A DNA stretch of 32,000 nucleotides, from assembly GCF_000146505.1 (NCBI RefSeq), contig NC_017448.1, positions 720,001 to 752,000 on the forward strand, given 5' to 3'. A program made the position numbers and the translations under genes. The notes under the pieces were generated by a model, which saw nothing but the letters and a program-made list of their open reading frames with translations, did no database searches and was not told the DNA's origin. Numbering within the stretch: position 1 is the first letter of the stretch; each line of letters begins with the position of its first letter. The stretch is from Fibrobacter succinogenes subsp. succinogenes S85. GTDB lineage: Bacteria > Fibrobacterota > Fibrobacteria > Fibrobacterales > Fibrobacteraceae. This document shows positions 8,683-17,645 of the stretch, piece by piece.

Positions 8683-10451
8683 TTTTGACCCCCAAATTTA
8701 TCGGGAAGACCCATAGAGTAGCGACGGCTCACCCCGAATTCCTGAATCAAGAAGAGCACATCAGTTTGTGTAATTTTAAGAACTTTTCCGTTCATGATCT
8801 TATCGCCTTCTTTAATCGTATAAGACACGCCCGAATTTTTGGAGTCAACAAGGATAGCCACCGGCTCCTCGGATTCCCAAATAATACCCACCAGTTCCAC
8901 CTGGTCAATATTAATCCCTTCTTCAACAAGTCCCTTGATCTCGACAAACGGATCACGGCGACCGAAGGAACTGTAAGTCACACGATCTTCATAAAGTTCG
9001 TCAAGAGCGCTTCCACCAGGTCTCATGCCCTGCGTCAGCATATCACCGCGTTCCTGGTCCACCTTCTTGAGGCGTTCCATCTGCACAGCAGAAAGTTCAT
9101 CGGTAAAGCTCACGGCACGGCGATTCACATAACCAATCTTGTTTCCAATCTGCACCTTGCGATAGAGACCAGTCAAGTCCATATTCACGAGACGGTCCCC
9201 AAAGACCACACGCTGCATGACTGGAGCCTTATCGCTCGGAGATGCATAGAATTCCGTTTCATCGGCGACGACAATCAGTTCGCGCAGAACCGGACGCAAG
9301 TGGAATGTCTGCGTGCTAGCCACCACCTTCTTGCTATCCTTTTCGTAAGACTTGACGAAATCCGAGAATTCCGGAACTGCATCCGGAGACTTCATCCAGT
9401 CGCGGACATAAATGCCATTCGGACGGGCGCTCCAGAAAACAAAACCATCGCGGCGGATAGCATTTTCGGAAGTCTGCAAGATCAAGGCACCTTCCTGCAC
9501 CAAGATGGCGGGCTTAGCCCCGGCAGAGAGCTGGATGTTGAGGCCATCCATATCCCAGAACACGGACTTCACGAGGGAACCGGCGCCCACCTTAAACACA
9601 GGAGAACGTTCCGGACCATCAATCGAAAGCTTTATCACGAAGGAGCCATTCGGCAAAGAGACCTTGTTGATGTTCAACGAAGTATTGGCCACCAGACGGA
9701 ACTGTTCCATTCCAGAACCGATAATGACCGTCATTTCCTTAAGTCCCGGAAGCAATGCGGATGCACCCGGAGCAGAAGCAGCCTGAGCGATATTATCGCG
9801 TGCAGCCTTTTCAGCGGCCTTGCGTTCAAGGAGAGCCTGTTTTTCAGCAGCCTTGCGTTCAGCGGCCAGGCGCTTTTCTTCTTCGCGAGCGGCCTTACGG
9901 TCGAGAGCGGCTTGCTTTTCTGCCGCCTTGCGATCAAGTGCAGCCTGCTTTTCGGCGGCCTTGCGTTCAGCAGCCATACGCTTTTCTTCTTCGCGGGCAG
10001 CCTTTTCGGCAGCGGCCTTCTTGCTTGCAAACAGCTTCGAAAGCGTCCAGGAGTTGCCATTCTTGCCCGAGAACTTCAAAAGGAAACGAGACTTGTCAAG
10101 TGCAATCGCATTCTTGTCCGAAGCAATGGATGCACCCACAGGCATGCGAATCATCAAGAAGTTCATGCCGCGGTAGAGCTCCTTTGACACATTCATGGAA
10201 CGCACATACGGCGAAGACTGGTCGACATCAAAATTGCCGACGCCAAGAGCAAAGTCAGATTCGGAGAATCCAACCGTCAATGTTTTGGAAGCGTTATCGT
10301 ACTTCTGGAAGAATGTCGGCAAATTCTTGTCAGAGGCAAACTGGAATACCATCTGGCAATTCTTTGAGCAATCAAAGCGGACATCCTTAATCAGTGCCGC
10401 CTGCAAAGCAACGGCACTAGACAAAAGCATAAGAAGGAACTTGCATTTCAT
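8679..10451 (-). CDS. Large PilP-like pilus assembly protein (AMIN-like N-terminus, K/A/E-rich repeats, SH3-like region, PilP-like C-terminus)
   Basis: Occupies the pilP slot between pilO and pilQ. Start at MKCKFLLMLLSSAVALQA overlaps the pilO stop (TAATG). C-terminus RDPFVEI...VELVGIIWESEEPVAILVDS...YTIKEGDKIMNGKVLKITQTDVLF is PilP-like. About 590 aa versus about 180 aa for a usual PilP. Confidence 0.6.
   Translation of the reverse strand: MKCKFLLMLLSSAVALQAALIKDVRFDCSKNCQMVFQFASDKNLPTFFQKYDNASKTLTVGFSESDFALGVGNFDVDQSSPYVRSMNVSKELYRGMNFLMIRMPVGASIASDKNAIALDKSRFLLKFSGKNGNSWTLSKLFASKKAAAEKAAREEEKRMAAERKAAEKQAALDRKAAEKQAALDRKAAREEEKRLAAERKAAEKQALLERKAAEKAARDNIAQAASAPGASALLPGLKEMTVIIGSGMEQFRLVANTSLNINKVSLPNGSFVIKLSIDGPERSPVFKVGAGSLVKSVFWDMDGLNIQLSAGAKPAILVQEGALILQTSENAIRRDGFVFWSARPNGIYVRDWMKSPDAVPEFSDFVKSYEKDSKKVVASTQTFHLRPVLRELIVVADETEFYASPSDKAPVMQRVVFGDRLVNMDLTGLYRKVQIGNKIGYVNRRAVSFTDELSAVQMERLKKVDQERGDMLTQGMRPGGSALDELYEDRVTYSSFGRRDPFVEIKGLVEEGINIDQVELVGIIWESEEPVAILVDSKNSGVSYTIKEGDKIMNGKVLKITQTDVLFLIQEFGVSRRYSMGLPDKFGGQK
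9795..10022 (-). repeat. In-frame imperfect tandem repeat encoding a K/A/E/R-rich helix
   Basis: AAREEEKR(M/L)AAERKAAEKQA(A/L)L(D/E)RKAAEK occurs twice, plus an extra KQAALDRKAAE unit. The DNA repeats are visible (gccttgcgttcagc..., cgcttttcttcttcgcg...). Confidence 0.75.
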
Positions 10452-11056
10452 TATTTGCCAACCTTCTTGGATGTATAAGTGGTCAAGTTGAAGTTCACCG
10501 ACATGGTAATCGGGGTCCAACCATGAGTTTCAGCTTTCTGCACTTCAGCGGCGATGCCGGAATAGCGGGAAAGTTTCAAGTTCGTAATTGCAGTCGGGTA
10601 ATTGAAGTTTGCAATTTCAGCAAACAGGTAACCGAGCATGTGGTAACCGGAATTGACCGCAATGGAATAACGGTTCTCGATGTAGTGTTCCCTTTCGGAA
10701 CGACCTTCCGGATTGAACTTCTGGATTTGCACGCCGGAGCTACGGAGCACAGAATAAAGGTCCTGCAAGCGCAGCGGCACCTTTTCTTCTTCCGGGAACA
10801 TTTCCTTCAACTTCTGGAAATCCTTTTCGGCCTGAACCAGCTGCATCTCGAGTTCTGCCACACGGTGTTTCTTGGAATTGATTTTGTCAAGTTCCTTCTG
10901 GGCAGAAACACGCTGGCTTTCAAGAGACTCATATTCAATCTGGAACGGGTCCCAGATATATGTATAAACAGAATACAAAGCCAAACAGATAACAACAATC
11001 GTTACTATACAGTATAGGTTCTTCTTGTCTTTAAAGTCAATATTCAAGTTGCCCAT
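10451..11056 (-). CDS. pilO: Type IV pilus assembly protein PilO-like
   Basis: N-terminal TM helix (LYCIVTIVVICLALYSVYTYIW), then a coiled coil, then an alpha/beta domain. Position follows pilN. Start at MGNLNID with AGAGGAGGGG RBS. Confidence 0.6.
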   Translation of the reverse strand: MGNLNIDFKDKKNLYCIVTIVVICLALYSVYTYIWDPFQIEYESLESQRVSAQKELDKINSKKHRVAELEMQLVQAEKDFQKLKEMFPEEEKVPLRLQDLYSVLRSSGVQIQKFNPEGRSEREHYIENRYSIAVNSGYHMLGYLFAEIANFNYPTAITNLKLSRYSGIAAEVQKAETHGWTPITMSVNFNLTTYTSKKVGK

Positions 11057-11057
11057 A

Positions 11058-11669
11058 TCACCCCTCCTCTCCAAGGTCTTTCTTGAGTTCGACCTTGAGT
11101 GTAAAGCTATAGGCCTCATCGCCATCAACCTTCGTCGTAGAGATGGACACTAGCGAGACTTTCTGTACGCTGACCTGCTTTTCAAGCTTGACCATGTACT
11201 CCGCCACTTCGGAAAAGTCAAACGTAGTCCCCTTCATTTCAAGGTTGAATTCGCTTACTTGCGAAACGCTCAAGAGCCACATGTTCGGAGGCAAGACCGA
11301 GGAAATGTTCTCGAACAGCACCACCCAGCGCTTCTTGCTAATCTGGATAGACTTGAGCGCATTGATCTTAGTATTGATAATGGACTGGTTCTTTTCGAGT
11401 TCGCTAATCTTCTTGAGCAACGGGCGTTCGCGTTCTACTGCGGCACGCACGGACTGGAGTTCGGCTTCCTTGCTGGAAAGTTCCTGCAACGTGTAAGCAT
11501 AAGTGAACAACGCTACAAAAATTGCAAGAATCAAAAAGACTGTCGGCCAAACCACACGGCGGTCCGTAAGCCAAGTCAAATCCTTTTGCTGCTTGCGGTG
11601 TTCGCCCGGCAAAAGGTTGATCGTAATCGCAAGCGCCTTGTTGACGCCTTTATTCTTCTTCGTAGCCAT
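11058..11669 (-). CDS. pilN: Type IV pilus assembly protein PilN
   Basis: ITINLLPGEHRK motif, single TM helix, coiled coil. ATG overlaps the pilM stop (TAATG). Confidence 0.7.
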   Translation of the reverse strand: MATKKNKGVNKALAITINLLPGEHRKQQKDLTWLTDRRVVWPTVFLILAIFVALFTYAYTLQELSSKEAELQSVRAAVERERPLLKKISELEKNQSIINTKINALKSIQISKKRWVVLFENISSVLPPNMWLLSVSQVSEFNLEMKGTTFDFSEVAEYMVKLEKQVSVQKVSLVSISTTKVDGDEAYSFTLKVELKKDLGEEG

Positions 11670-12817
11670 TAGAACTTCCTCATTGCAAGTCCCAAAGCCG
11701 GGGCGTAAATGTTAGAGAGGGCGATAGACATGCCATCCTTATCGACCACGCTTGAGTCGCATTCCACAGAGCGGAACGGGTTCACCGTAGCAGTTTCAAT
11801 TCCAGTCTTTTCGGCGATATATTCCAAAAGGCCCGGAACTGCGGCACCACCGCCACCTATCAAAATTCTTTCAAGCGGTCGGGAATCTTCCGCAGAAGAA
11901 TGATAGCGGATACCAAATGTAATCTGGGACATCAGTTCTTCGAAAGCAACCTTCATAGCGTCTTCAAGAACGGAAATAGCCACATTGTCAATCACCTTCA
12001 AGTCGTTCTTTTCGAACATCTCATGACATTTTTCGGCAGAAATATCAAGGCTTGAAGACAACTTATTAATAATGACATTCAGCGAACCGCCATTCATGGA
12101 TCGCACAGAGTGGAAGGCGCCGTCCTGGATAAAGCCGACGCTCATCTTGTTGTCACCAATATTAAAGATGGCGGTTGTCTTCTTGCGTTCTTCATCTGAT
12201 GCAGTCATGACAAAGGAATTCAGGAGACCAAAGATATCGACATCCAGCGCTGAAAGTCTAACGCCCTTGCGGGTAAAGAACTGCGCCCAGGAATCAAGCA
12301 TGGAGCTCTTTGCAGCGACCACGTTAACCTTGACCTCGTCCCCTTCACGAGAAACAACCTCGTAGTCCAGAACGTTGTCCTGGTCATCAAACGGCGGACG
12401 GGACTGAGCAGTCTGAACAATAATTGCGGCTTCGTTTCCGTTTTTCGGAACCTTGATCGAGAGGCGGTCCACAAGGACACCACCTTCGCCAGCACCACAG
12501 TTTACCGATGCCACGACATCCACATTTTCATCAATCGGGTGACGAAGCAAAAGCTTCGAGAATGCCTCGCCCAACTTGTCGAAGCCGTCCTTCTCCTTCT
12601 TCGCACCTTTTTCGGTAGATAAATCGTCGGTATCACGTCTCTGGATAAGACCATTGATGATGGAGCCTGCAGGTACAGGTTCCAAATCCACTTCACGCAC
12701 AATTCTCTTACCGTTAGCATCATGATAGACCTTAACGTACTTGATGCTGTAGTGGCCAACATCTATGCCAACAGTTTCGCGCTCTCCACGAATTCTAGCA
12801 ATCAATCCTAAAGCCAA
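11669..12817 (-). CDS. pilM: Type IV pilus assembly protein PilM (actin-like ATPase fold)
   Basis: VGIDVGHYSIKYVKV N-terminal phosphate-1 motif, ILIGGGGAAVPGL near the C-terminus, first gene of pilMNOPQ. Confidence 0.8.
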   Translation of the reverse strand: MALGLIARIRGERETVGIDVGHYSIKYVKVYHDANGKRIVREVDLEPVPAGSIINGLIQRRDTDDLSTEKGAKKEKDGFDKLGEAFSKLLLRHPIDENVDVVASVNCGAGEGGVLVDRLSIKVPKNGNEAAIIVQTAQSRPPFDDQDNVLDYEVVSREGDEVKVNVVAAKSSMLDSWAQFFTRKGVRLSALDVDIFGLLNSFVMTASDEERKKTTAIFNIGDNKMSVGFIQDGAFHSVRSMNGGSLNVIINKLSSSLDISAEKCHEMFEKNDLKVIDNVAISVLEDAMKVAFEELMSQITFGIRYHSSAEDSRPLERILIGGGGAAVPGLLEYIAEKTGIETATVNPFRSVECDSSVVDKDGMSIALSNIYAPALGLAMRKF

Positions 12818-12850
12818 AATAAAACTCCGATAGGTAACAATACTATGTAA

Positions 12851-12879
12851 ATTTTACTTTCATAAACAGCGAATGTCAA
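12851..12879 (-). promoter_or_regulatory. Sigma-70-type promoter of the pilMNOPQ operon
   Basis: Minus strand TTGACA (12879-12874), 17-nt spacer, TAAAAT (12856-12851). Confidence 0.65.
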
Positions 12880-12908
12880 GCGAAAAATCAGTTCTAAATC
12901 ATTTAAAT

Positions 12909-13985
12909 CTAAGTTGTTTCGCTATTTACGCCATTTAACTCCGTTTTTTTCGACTTAGCTTTACGGGTTGACTCAAAAATGTACTGGAGGACACGTTCCT
13001 GAGTCCACGCATACGCCCCCGTAAATACGGCTGAAATGGAATTGTACAACGGGAAGTTCGGGTTTCGGTGTCCCAGATTATTCAAAACCTTGACATCCAC
13101 ATTCTGCACACCAAACGTCGGAAGTTCAAAAGAAATGGAGAACTGCTGGTCCGGCTTCACATCGTCAGCAAGACCAAGCAAAATACCACCAGCAGAAAGG
13201 TCATAAAGGACGCCCGAGTGCGTATCACCGTTCGGGAACGTCGCCGTCACGGGGAAATCAACGACCTGACGGACCCACTTACGCAACTGCTCCTTATCAA
13301 GACTGGCGCTGTGGGTGAATACTACTTTATCTGGAGTGGCGGCAAGTACATTCAAATGGATTGAATAAACAGCATCGTTCATGCGAGTCCAACGAACAAG
13401 CGCATGAGATCCGACAAGAGCCTTGGCTAGCGAAGGCGAGCCATCTATCTTTACACTCCACACCTTTTCTGTACGTTCATAAATCGGGATTCGCTTAAAC
13501 GACTGGCCGTTTTCGAATTCCAAGTCCACCTTATCCCCTATATTGAACTGCCTAGTCGAGCAGACCATGGACAAGGGATTCGAGCCAGTAAAGTCCATCT
13601 TGCGTCTCAAGCCCGCAATCGCTTCAAGCGTCTCATCGCGGACAGAGAATACATTGCGGATGCGATAATATTCCGAGACCGCAGCTTCAAAAAGTCCCGA
13701 GGAATTCAGCACGGCGTCCATGTTTTCGAACTTGGACGAACGCACCAAATCACCTAGAGTTTCTACTTCCTTGGGCGTAAAATCAAACGCCTTGATTTTC
13801 TCGTTGAAGGCATCTGTACCAAACATCACGTCTGTTTCGCGACGTTTGTACATGAGCTGCACTTCTATCAGAACGACAGCCAAGAATATCAGCACAATAA
13901 CCAAAATCTGAAGTGATGGATGATCCGTAAAGAACATCCATACATCTAGGATATCGCGACCAACTTCTTGAAACCAACTAATCAT
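12909..13985 (-). CDS. Membrane-anchored PilZ-domain (c-di-GMP receptor) protein, YcgR-like layout
   Basis: N-terminal TM helix. C-terminal PilZ motifs RKWVR (RxxxR) and DLSAGG (DxSxxG) at 13185-13283. Confidence 0.75.
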   Translation of the reverse strand: MISWFQEVGRDILDVWMFFTDHPSLQILVIVLIFLAVVLIEVQLMYKRRETDVMFGTDAFNEKIKAFDFTPKEVETLGDLVRSSKFENMDAVLNSSGLFEAAVSEYYRIRNVFSVRDETLEAIAGLRRKMDFTGSNPLSMVCSTRQFNIGDKVDLEFENGQSFKRIPIYERTEKVWSVKIDGSPSLAKALVGSHALVRWTRMNDAVYSIHLNVLAATPDKVVFTHSASLDKEQLRKWVRQVVDFPVTATFPNGDTHSGVLYDLSAGGILLGLADDVKPDQQFSISFELPTFGVQNVDVKVLNNLGHRNPNFPLYNSISAVFTGAYAWTQERVLQYIFESTRKAKSKKTELNGVNSETT

Positions 13986-13999
13986 CGCAATCCACTAAA

Positions 14000-15259
14000 C
14001 TACAACTGGGTAAAGACACCGTTGATGTAGGTTGCAAGAATCGACGACGGAAGAACCTTCCCCGTGAGCGGAGAATTGCAGACATGGCCTGCAAAGTCGC
14101 TTTCGAGAACCTTGTGCGTCTTTTCCGGAGCAAGCACCACCACGCTTTCGCCAGCGGATTCGGCACCAGCCAAACGAGCAGGAGCAGTCGAAAGGAGTTC
14201 GATAGCACGAGCTTCGCCAACACTTGCCACAAGTTTGTTCCAAATAGCAGGGAGTGCGACTTCCAAGGAAAGTGCGCCCGGCACAGAATCTTCGAAGTTC
14301 ACGACCGTATCCTGACGGAGCACCGGCGTGTGGTTCACGCTAATCGCATTGACCGTTCCATCGACAATGCCCTGCCACAAGGCTTCGCGGTCTGCAGCCG
14401 AGCGGATCGGCGGGAGGATGTGGTATGCGGAGTCAAGCGTTTCGAGGCAGGAATCGTCCAAGAGCAAGTGGTACAAGTTCACATCGCAAGTGACATCGAT
14501 ACCGTTCTTGCGGGCGTTGCGGACAAGTTCAAGAGTTTCACCGCAAGTGACCTGTTTGAAGTGAACTGGCACCTGGAGGAAGCGAGCCGTTTCAAGAACC
14601 GTGTAGGCGGCAATCGTCTCGGCAATGCGCGGAATGCCCTTCATGCCAAGCATGTCGGAGTAAGCGCCTTCGTGAACGCAACCGCTGTGGCGGAGCGTCT
14701 TGTCCATCGGCTGGAAGAAGAAGCGCTTGCCCGTCATCTTGCCGTATTCCATAGCCAAGCGGAGGAAACGGGAGTGCGGGATTACGCCGTTACCGTCGCC
14801 AAAACCAGCGACACCGGCTTCGGCAAGTTCGACCATTTCGGCCAAGCTATCCGTACCAAAGCCCTTGCTGTAAGCGCCGAGGAACTTGATATCGAAAGCA
14901 TCTTCGCCGCGTTCTTCGGACTTGAAGCGGTTCACCATCGCAGTGTACTTGTCGGCATCGTCAATCGGGTTTGCGGCACTTTCGTAAAGGCCACCATAGA
15001 AACCGCCCTTGCGCATGGCATCAAAGCCATCGGCAAACGTATAGACATCGTCACGGAGCGGTTCCATAAAGTCAAGGCCAAGGCCAAAAAGGGCCGGCAT
15101 CACAAGCGCGCCGTTGCAGTCAAATTCAACCGTTTCGGACGTTTCGCAAGCGTTCAGGCGAACTTCGTTCTGAAGTTCAAAAGACTTGCCGTTCCAGAAC
15201 TTTGCATTTTTCAGAACGACATTCACAAGACGACCTTTACAAGGTTTACGCATTTTCAT
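14000..15259 (-). CDS. Dihydroorotase-like protein lacking catalytic residues (PyrC'-type, probable ATCase structural partner)
   Basis: Amidohydrolase/DHOase fold by overall pattern, but the HxH site reads GLGLDF and DHAPH reads NHTPV. Start MKMRKP with GGAGG RBS. 14-nt overlap with the pyrB stop. Confidence 0.7.
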   Translation of the reverse strand: MKMRKPCKGRLVNVVLKNAKFWNGKSFELQNEVRLNACETSETVEFDCNGALVMPALFGLGLDFMEPLRDDVYTFADGFDAMRKGGFYGGLYESAANPIDDADKYTAMVNRFKSEERGEDAFDIKFLGAYSKGFGTDSLAEMVELAEAGVAGFGDGNGVIPHSRFLRLAMEYGKMTGKRFFFQPMDKTLRHSGCVHEGAYSDMLGMKGIPRIAETIAAYTVLETARFLQVPVHFKQVTCGETLELVRNARKNGIDVTCDVNLYHLLLDDSCLETLDSAYHILPPIRSAADREALWQGIVDGTVNAISVNHTPVLRQDTVVNFEDSVPGALSLEVALPAIWNKLVASVGEARAIELLSTAPARLAGAESAGESVVVLAPEKTHKVLESDFAGHVCNSPLTGKVLPSSILATYINGVFTQL

Positions 15260-16187
15260 TGTTGCGACCTCCAGCCAAAAGGAAGAGAACGGCCATACGG
15301 ACGGCGACACCGTTGGTCACCTGATCAAGAATTACAGAATGTTCGCCATCGGCGATGTCGGAATCGAGTTCCACGCCGCGGTTGATTGGACCTGGGTGCA
15401 TGATGATGACCTTGTCCTTAGCGCATTCGAGGAGTTCTTCTGTGATACCAAACGTATTGCGGTATTCGCGCATGCTCGGGAGGAGAGCGTCATCCATGCG
15501 TTCTTTCTGCAAGCGGAGAGCAATGATGGCATCGGCGTTTGCAACAGCCTTCTTCACGTCCGGTTCCCACGTCACGTGGTTCATGAGGTCCGTATTGCGC
15601 GGTACAAGCGTCGAAGGTCCGCAGAGCGTCACATGAGCGCCCATCGTGGACATGCCCCAGAGGTTACTGCGGGCCACGCGGCTGTGGCGAATATCGCCAA
15701 TGATCGTGACGTTCTTGCCTTCGAGCGTTCCTAGCTTTTCTTCGATCGTCAGCATGTCGAGGAGAGCCTGCGTCGGGTGTTCGTGCGCACCGTCGCCAGC
15801 ATTCACGATAATGGCATTGCTGTTGTCCGCAAGGAACTTCGGCACGCCCGTCCCCTTGTGACGGACGACCACGATGTCAATCTTCATGGCTTCGATGTTC
15901 CTAAGCGTATCGACGAGCGTTTCGCCCTTCTTGACGCTGGAATTCGAGCTTGCGAAGTTCACCGTATCGGCGGAGAGGCGCTTTTCGGCAAGTTCAAAGC
16001 TGGTGCGCGTACGGGTGCTGTTCTCAAAGAACAAGTTCACGACCGTCATGCCCCGGAGGCTCGGCACTTTCTTGACCGGACGTTCGAGAATTTCGCGGAA
16101 CTGTTTTGCATGGTCCAGAATCAGACGGATATCATGCTTGGACACTCCACGAAGTCCAAACAGGTGTTTAATTTCCAAAGCGCTCAC
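15246..16187 (-). CDS. pyrB: Aspartate carbamoyltransferase catalytic subunit
   Basis: FENSTRTRTSFE, HPTQALLD and HPGPINRG motifs. GTG start 1 nt after the pyrR stop, with GGAGG RBS. Confidence 0.92.
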   Translation of the reverse strand: MSALEIKHLFGLRGVSKHDIRLILDHAKQFREILERPVKKVPSLRGMTVVNLFFENSTRTRTSFELAEKRLSADTVNFASSNSSVKKGETLVDTLRNIEAMKIDIVVVRHKGTGVPKFLADNSNAIIVNAGDGAHEHPTQALLDMLTIEEKLGTLEGKNVTIIGDIRHSRVARSNLWGMSTMGAHVTLCGPSTLVPRNTDLMNHVTWEPDVKKAVANADAIIALRLQKERMDDALLPSMREYRNTFGITEELLECAKDKVIIMHPGPINRGVELDSDIADGEHSVILDQVTNGVAVRMAVLFLLAGGRNNENA

Positions 16188-16188
16188 T

Positions 16189-16746
16189 TTACGCCTCCAC
16201 TTCTACGAGATAAACGGAATTTTCTTTATCAATAGGTTCTATCGCCACGCGGACTTCCTGGTTCCTAGCGGTTTCGACCGTAAGGCCTGCGCAATCCGGC
16301 GCAATCGGAAGTTCACGATGCCCGCGGTCCACGAGCACGCAAAGGCGGATAGCCGCCGGACGACCAAGGTCCAAGATGGAACGCATAGCAGCCAAAGCCG
16401 AACGACCCGTGTAGAGCACGTCATCCACGAGGATGACCGTCTTGCCTTCCACAGAAGCAGGCATTTCGGTAAAGCGCATTTCAGTCGCCACCTTCTTGCG
16501 GTAGTGGAAGTCGTCACGGTAGTACGTGGCATCGAGGCTACCCATTTCGATAGGCTTGCCAAATTTCTGAGAAAGACGCTCGGTGAGCTTTTTTGCCAGC
16601 GGAATACCACGGCTAGCCATGCCGAGCACAATCATGTTGTCGGCGGACGGATGCATCTTCGCAATCTTCGCCGCCATTTCGTCCAGCGCAAATTCCATCG
16701 TCTGCGCCGTAAGAAGCTCGCTTACTTTTTTGCAGTTATCGTTCAT
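16189..16746 (-). CDS. pyrR: Pyrimidine operon regulator / uracil phosphoribosyltransferase PyrR
   Basis: 185 aa. PRPP-binding loop VILVDDVLYTGRS. Position upstream of pyrB. Confidence 0.9.
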   Translation of the reverse strand: MNDNCKKVSELLTAQTMEFALDEMAAKIAKMHPSADNMIVLGMASRGIPLAKKLTERLSQKFGKPIEMGSLDATYYRDDFHYRKKVATEMRFTEMPASVEGKTVILVDDVLYTGRSALAAMRSILDLGRPAAIRLCVLVDRGHRELPIAPDCAGLTVETARNQEVRVAIEPIDKENSVYLVEVEA

Positions 16747-16991
16747 ATAGGTATCAGGTCGGTCGCTTCGCGCCCTCTGAGGTAAGAGGTCACTCGCGCC
16801 GCTCGTTTTGAGGTATTTTTTCAGTAGAAGTTAGATTATTTTAAGGGCTTTTTTCTTTTGAAACTCATAAAATACACCTTTTTTTTATATATATAAGCAA
16901 AACAATGCGTTACGTTGAGAAGCCGCAAGAACCTTTTTGCCCATAGCCCAAAGCGTAGCGCTCCCATACCCCATATCTACAGGAGCCCCAA

Positions 16992-17543
16992 ATGGCATTT
17001 AATCAGTTAGACAAACCGCAGGCAGGCGAAACCATCGCCATCATGAAAACCAACCATGGTACCATGAAACTCCGCCTTTTTGAAGAAATCGTCGGCGAAT
17101 GCGCCACAAACTTCATTGAACTTGCAAAGCAGGGCAAGTACGACGGCGCTCCGTTCCACCGCATCATCAATGACTTTATGATCCAGGGTGGTGATTTCAC
17201 TAATAGAAACGGCACCGGTGGCCACGCTGCCAAGGGTCCGGGTTCTACCATCGGCGACAAGTACGATCCCCGCCTCACCCACATGCGCGGCGCTCTCAGC
17301 TGGGCAAAGACATCCATGCCGCACAGCATCGGCAGCCAGTTCTTCATCGTTCACGGCAACAGAGTCCACTTCCTCGACCACGCAGAATGCGGTCCTGGCC
17401 CGGCTGACGGTTACTCCGTATTCGGTCAGCTCTACGAAGGTTTCGAAGTGCTCGACGAAATCGCCAGTGTCGCTACCGACCGTATGGATCGCCCGTTCGA
17501 AGACGTGATCATTGAATCTGTCACGATCGAAAAGGCTGTTTAG
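16992..17543 (+). CDS. ppiB: Cyclophilin-type peptidyl-prolyl cis-trans isomerase (no signal peptide)
   Basis: FHRIINDFMIQGGDFT and SMPHSIGSQFFIV motifs. AGGAG RBS. Confidence 0.9.
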   Translation: MAFNQLDKPQAGETIAIMKTNHGTMKLRLFEEIVGECATNFIELAKQGKYDGAPFHRIINDFMIQGGDFTNRNGTGGHAAKGPGSTIGDKYDPRLTHMRGALSWAKTSMPHSIGSQFFIVHGNRVHFLDHAECGPGPADGYSVFGQLYEGFEVLDEIASVATDRMDRPFEDVIIESVTIEKAV

Positions 17544-17645
17544 ACGAAAGACGAAAGACGAAAGATATTTTTTTGACTTGTGCGAAGCACCATTAATCCT
17601 CTTTCGTCTTTAGTCTATAGGCTCGCAGAGCCGTTCTTTCGTCTA
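17541..17645. repeat. (AGACGAA)x3 heptamer tandem plus two inverted copies forming a long hairpin after ppiB
   Basis: tagacgaaagacgaaagacgaaaga (17541-17565). The 18 nt at 17541-17558 pair 17/18 with tctttcgtctttagtcta (17600-17617). A third partial copy ttctttcgtcta lies at 17634-17645. Confidence 0.7.
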
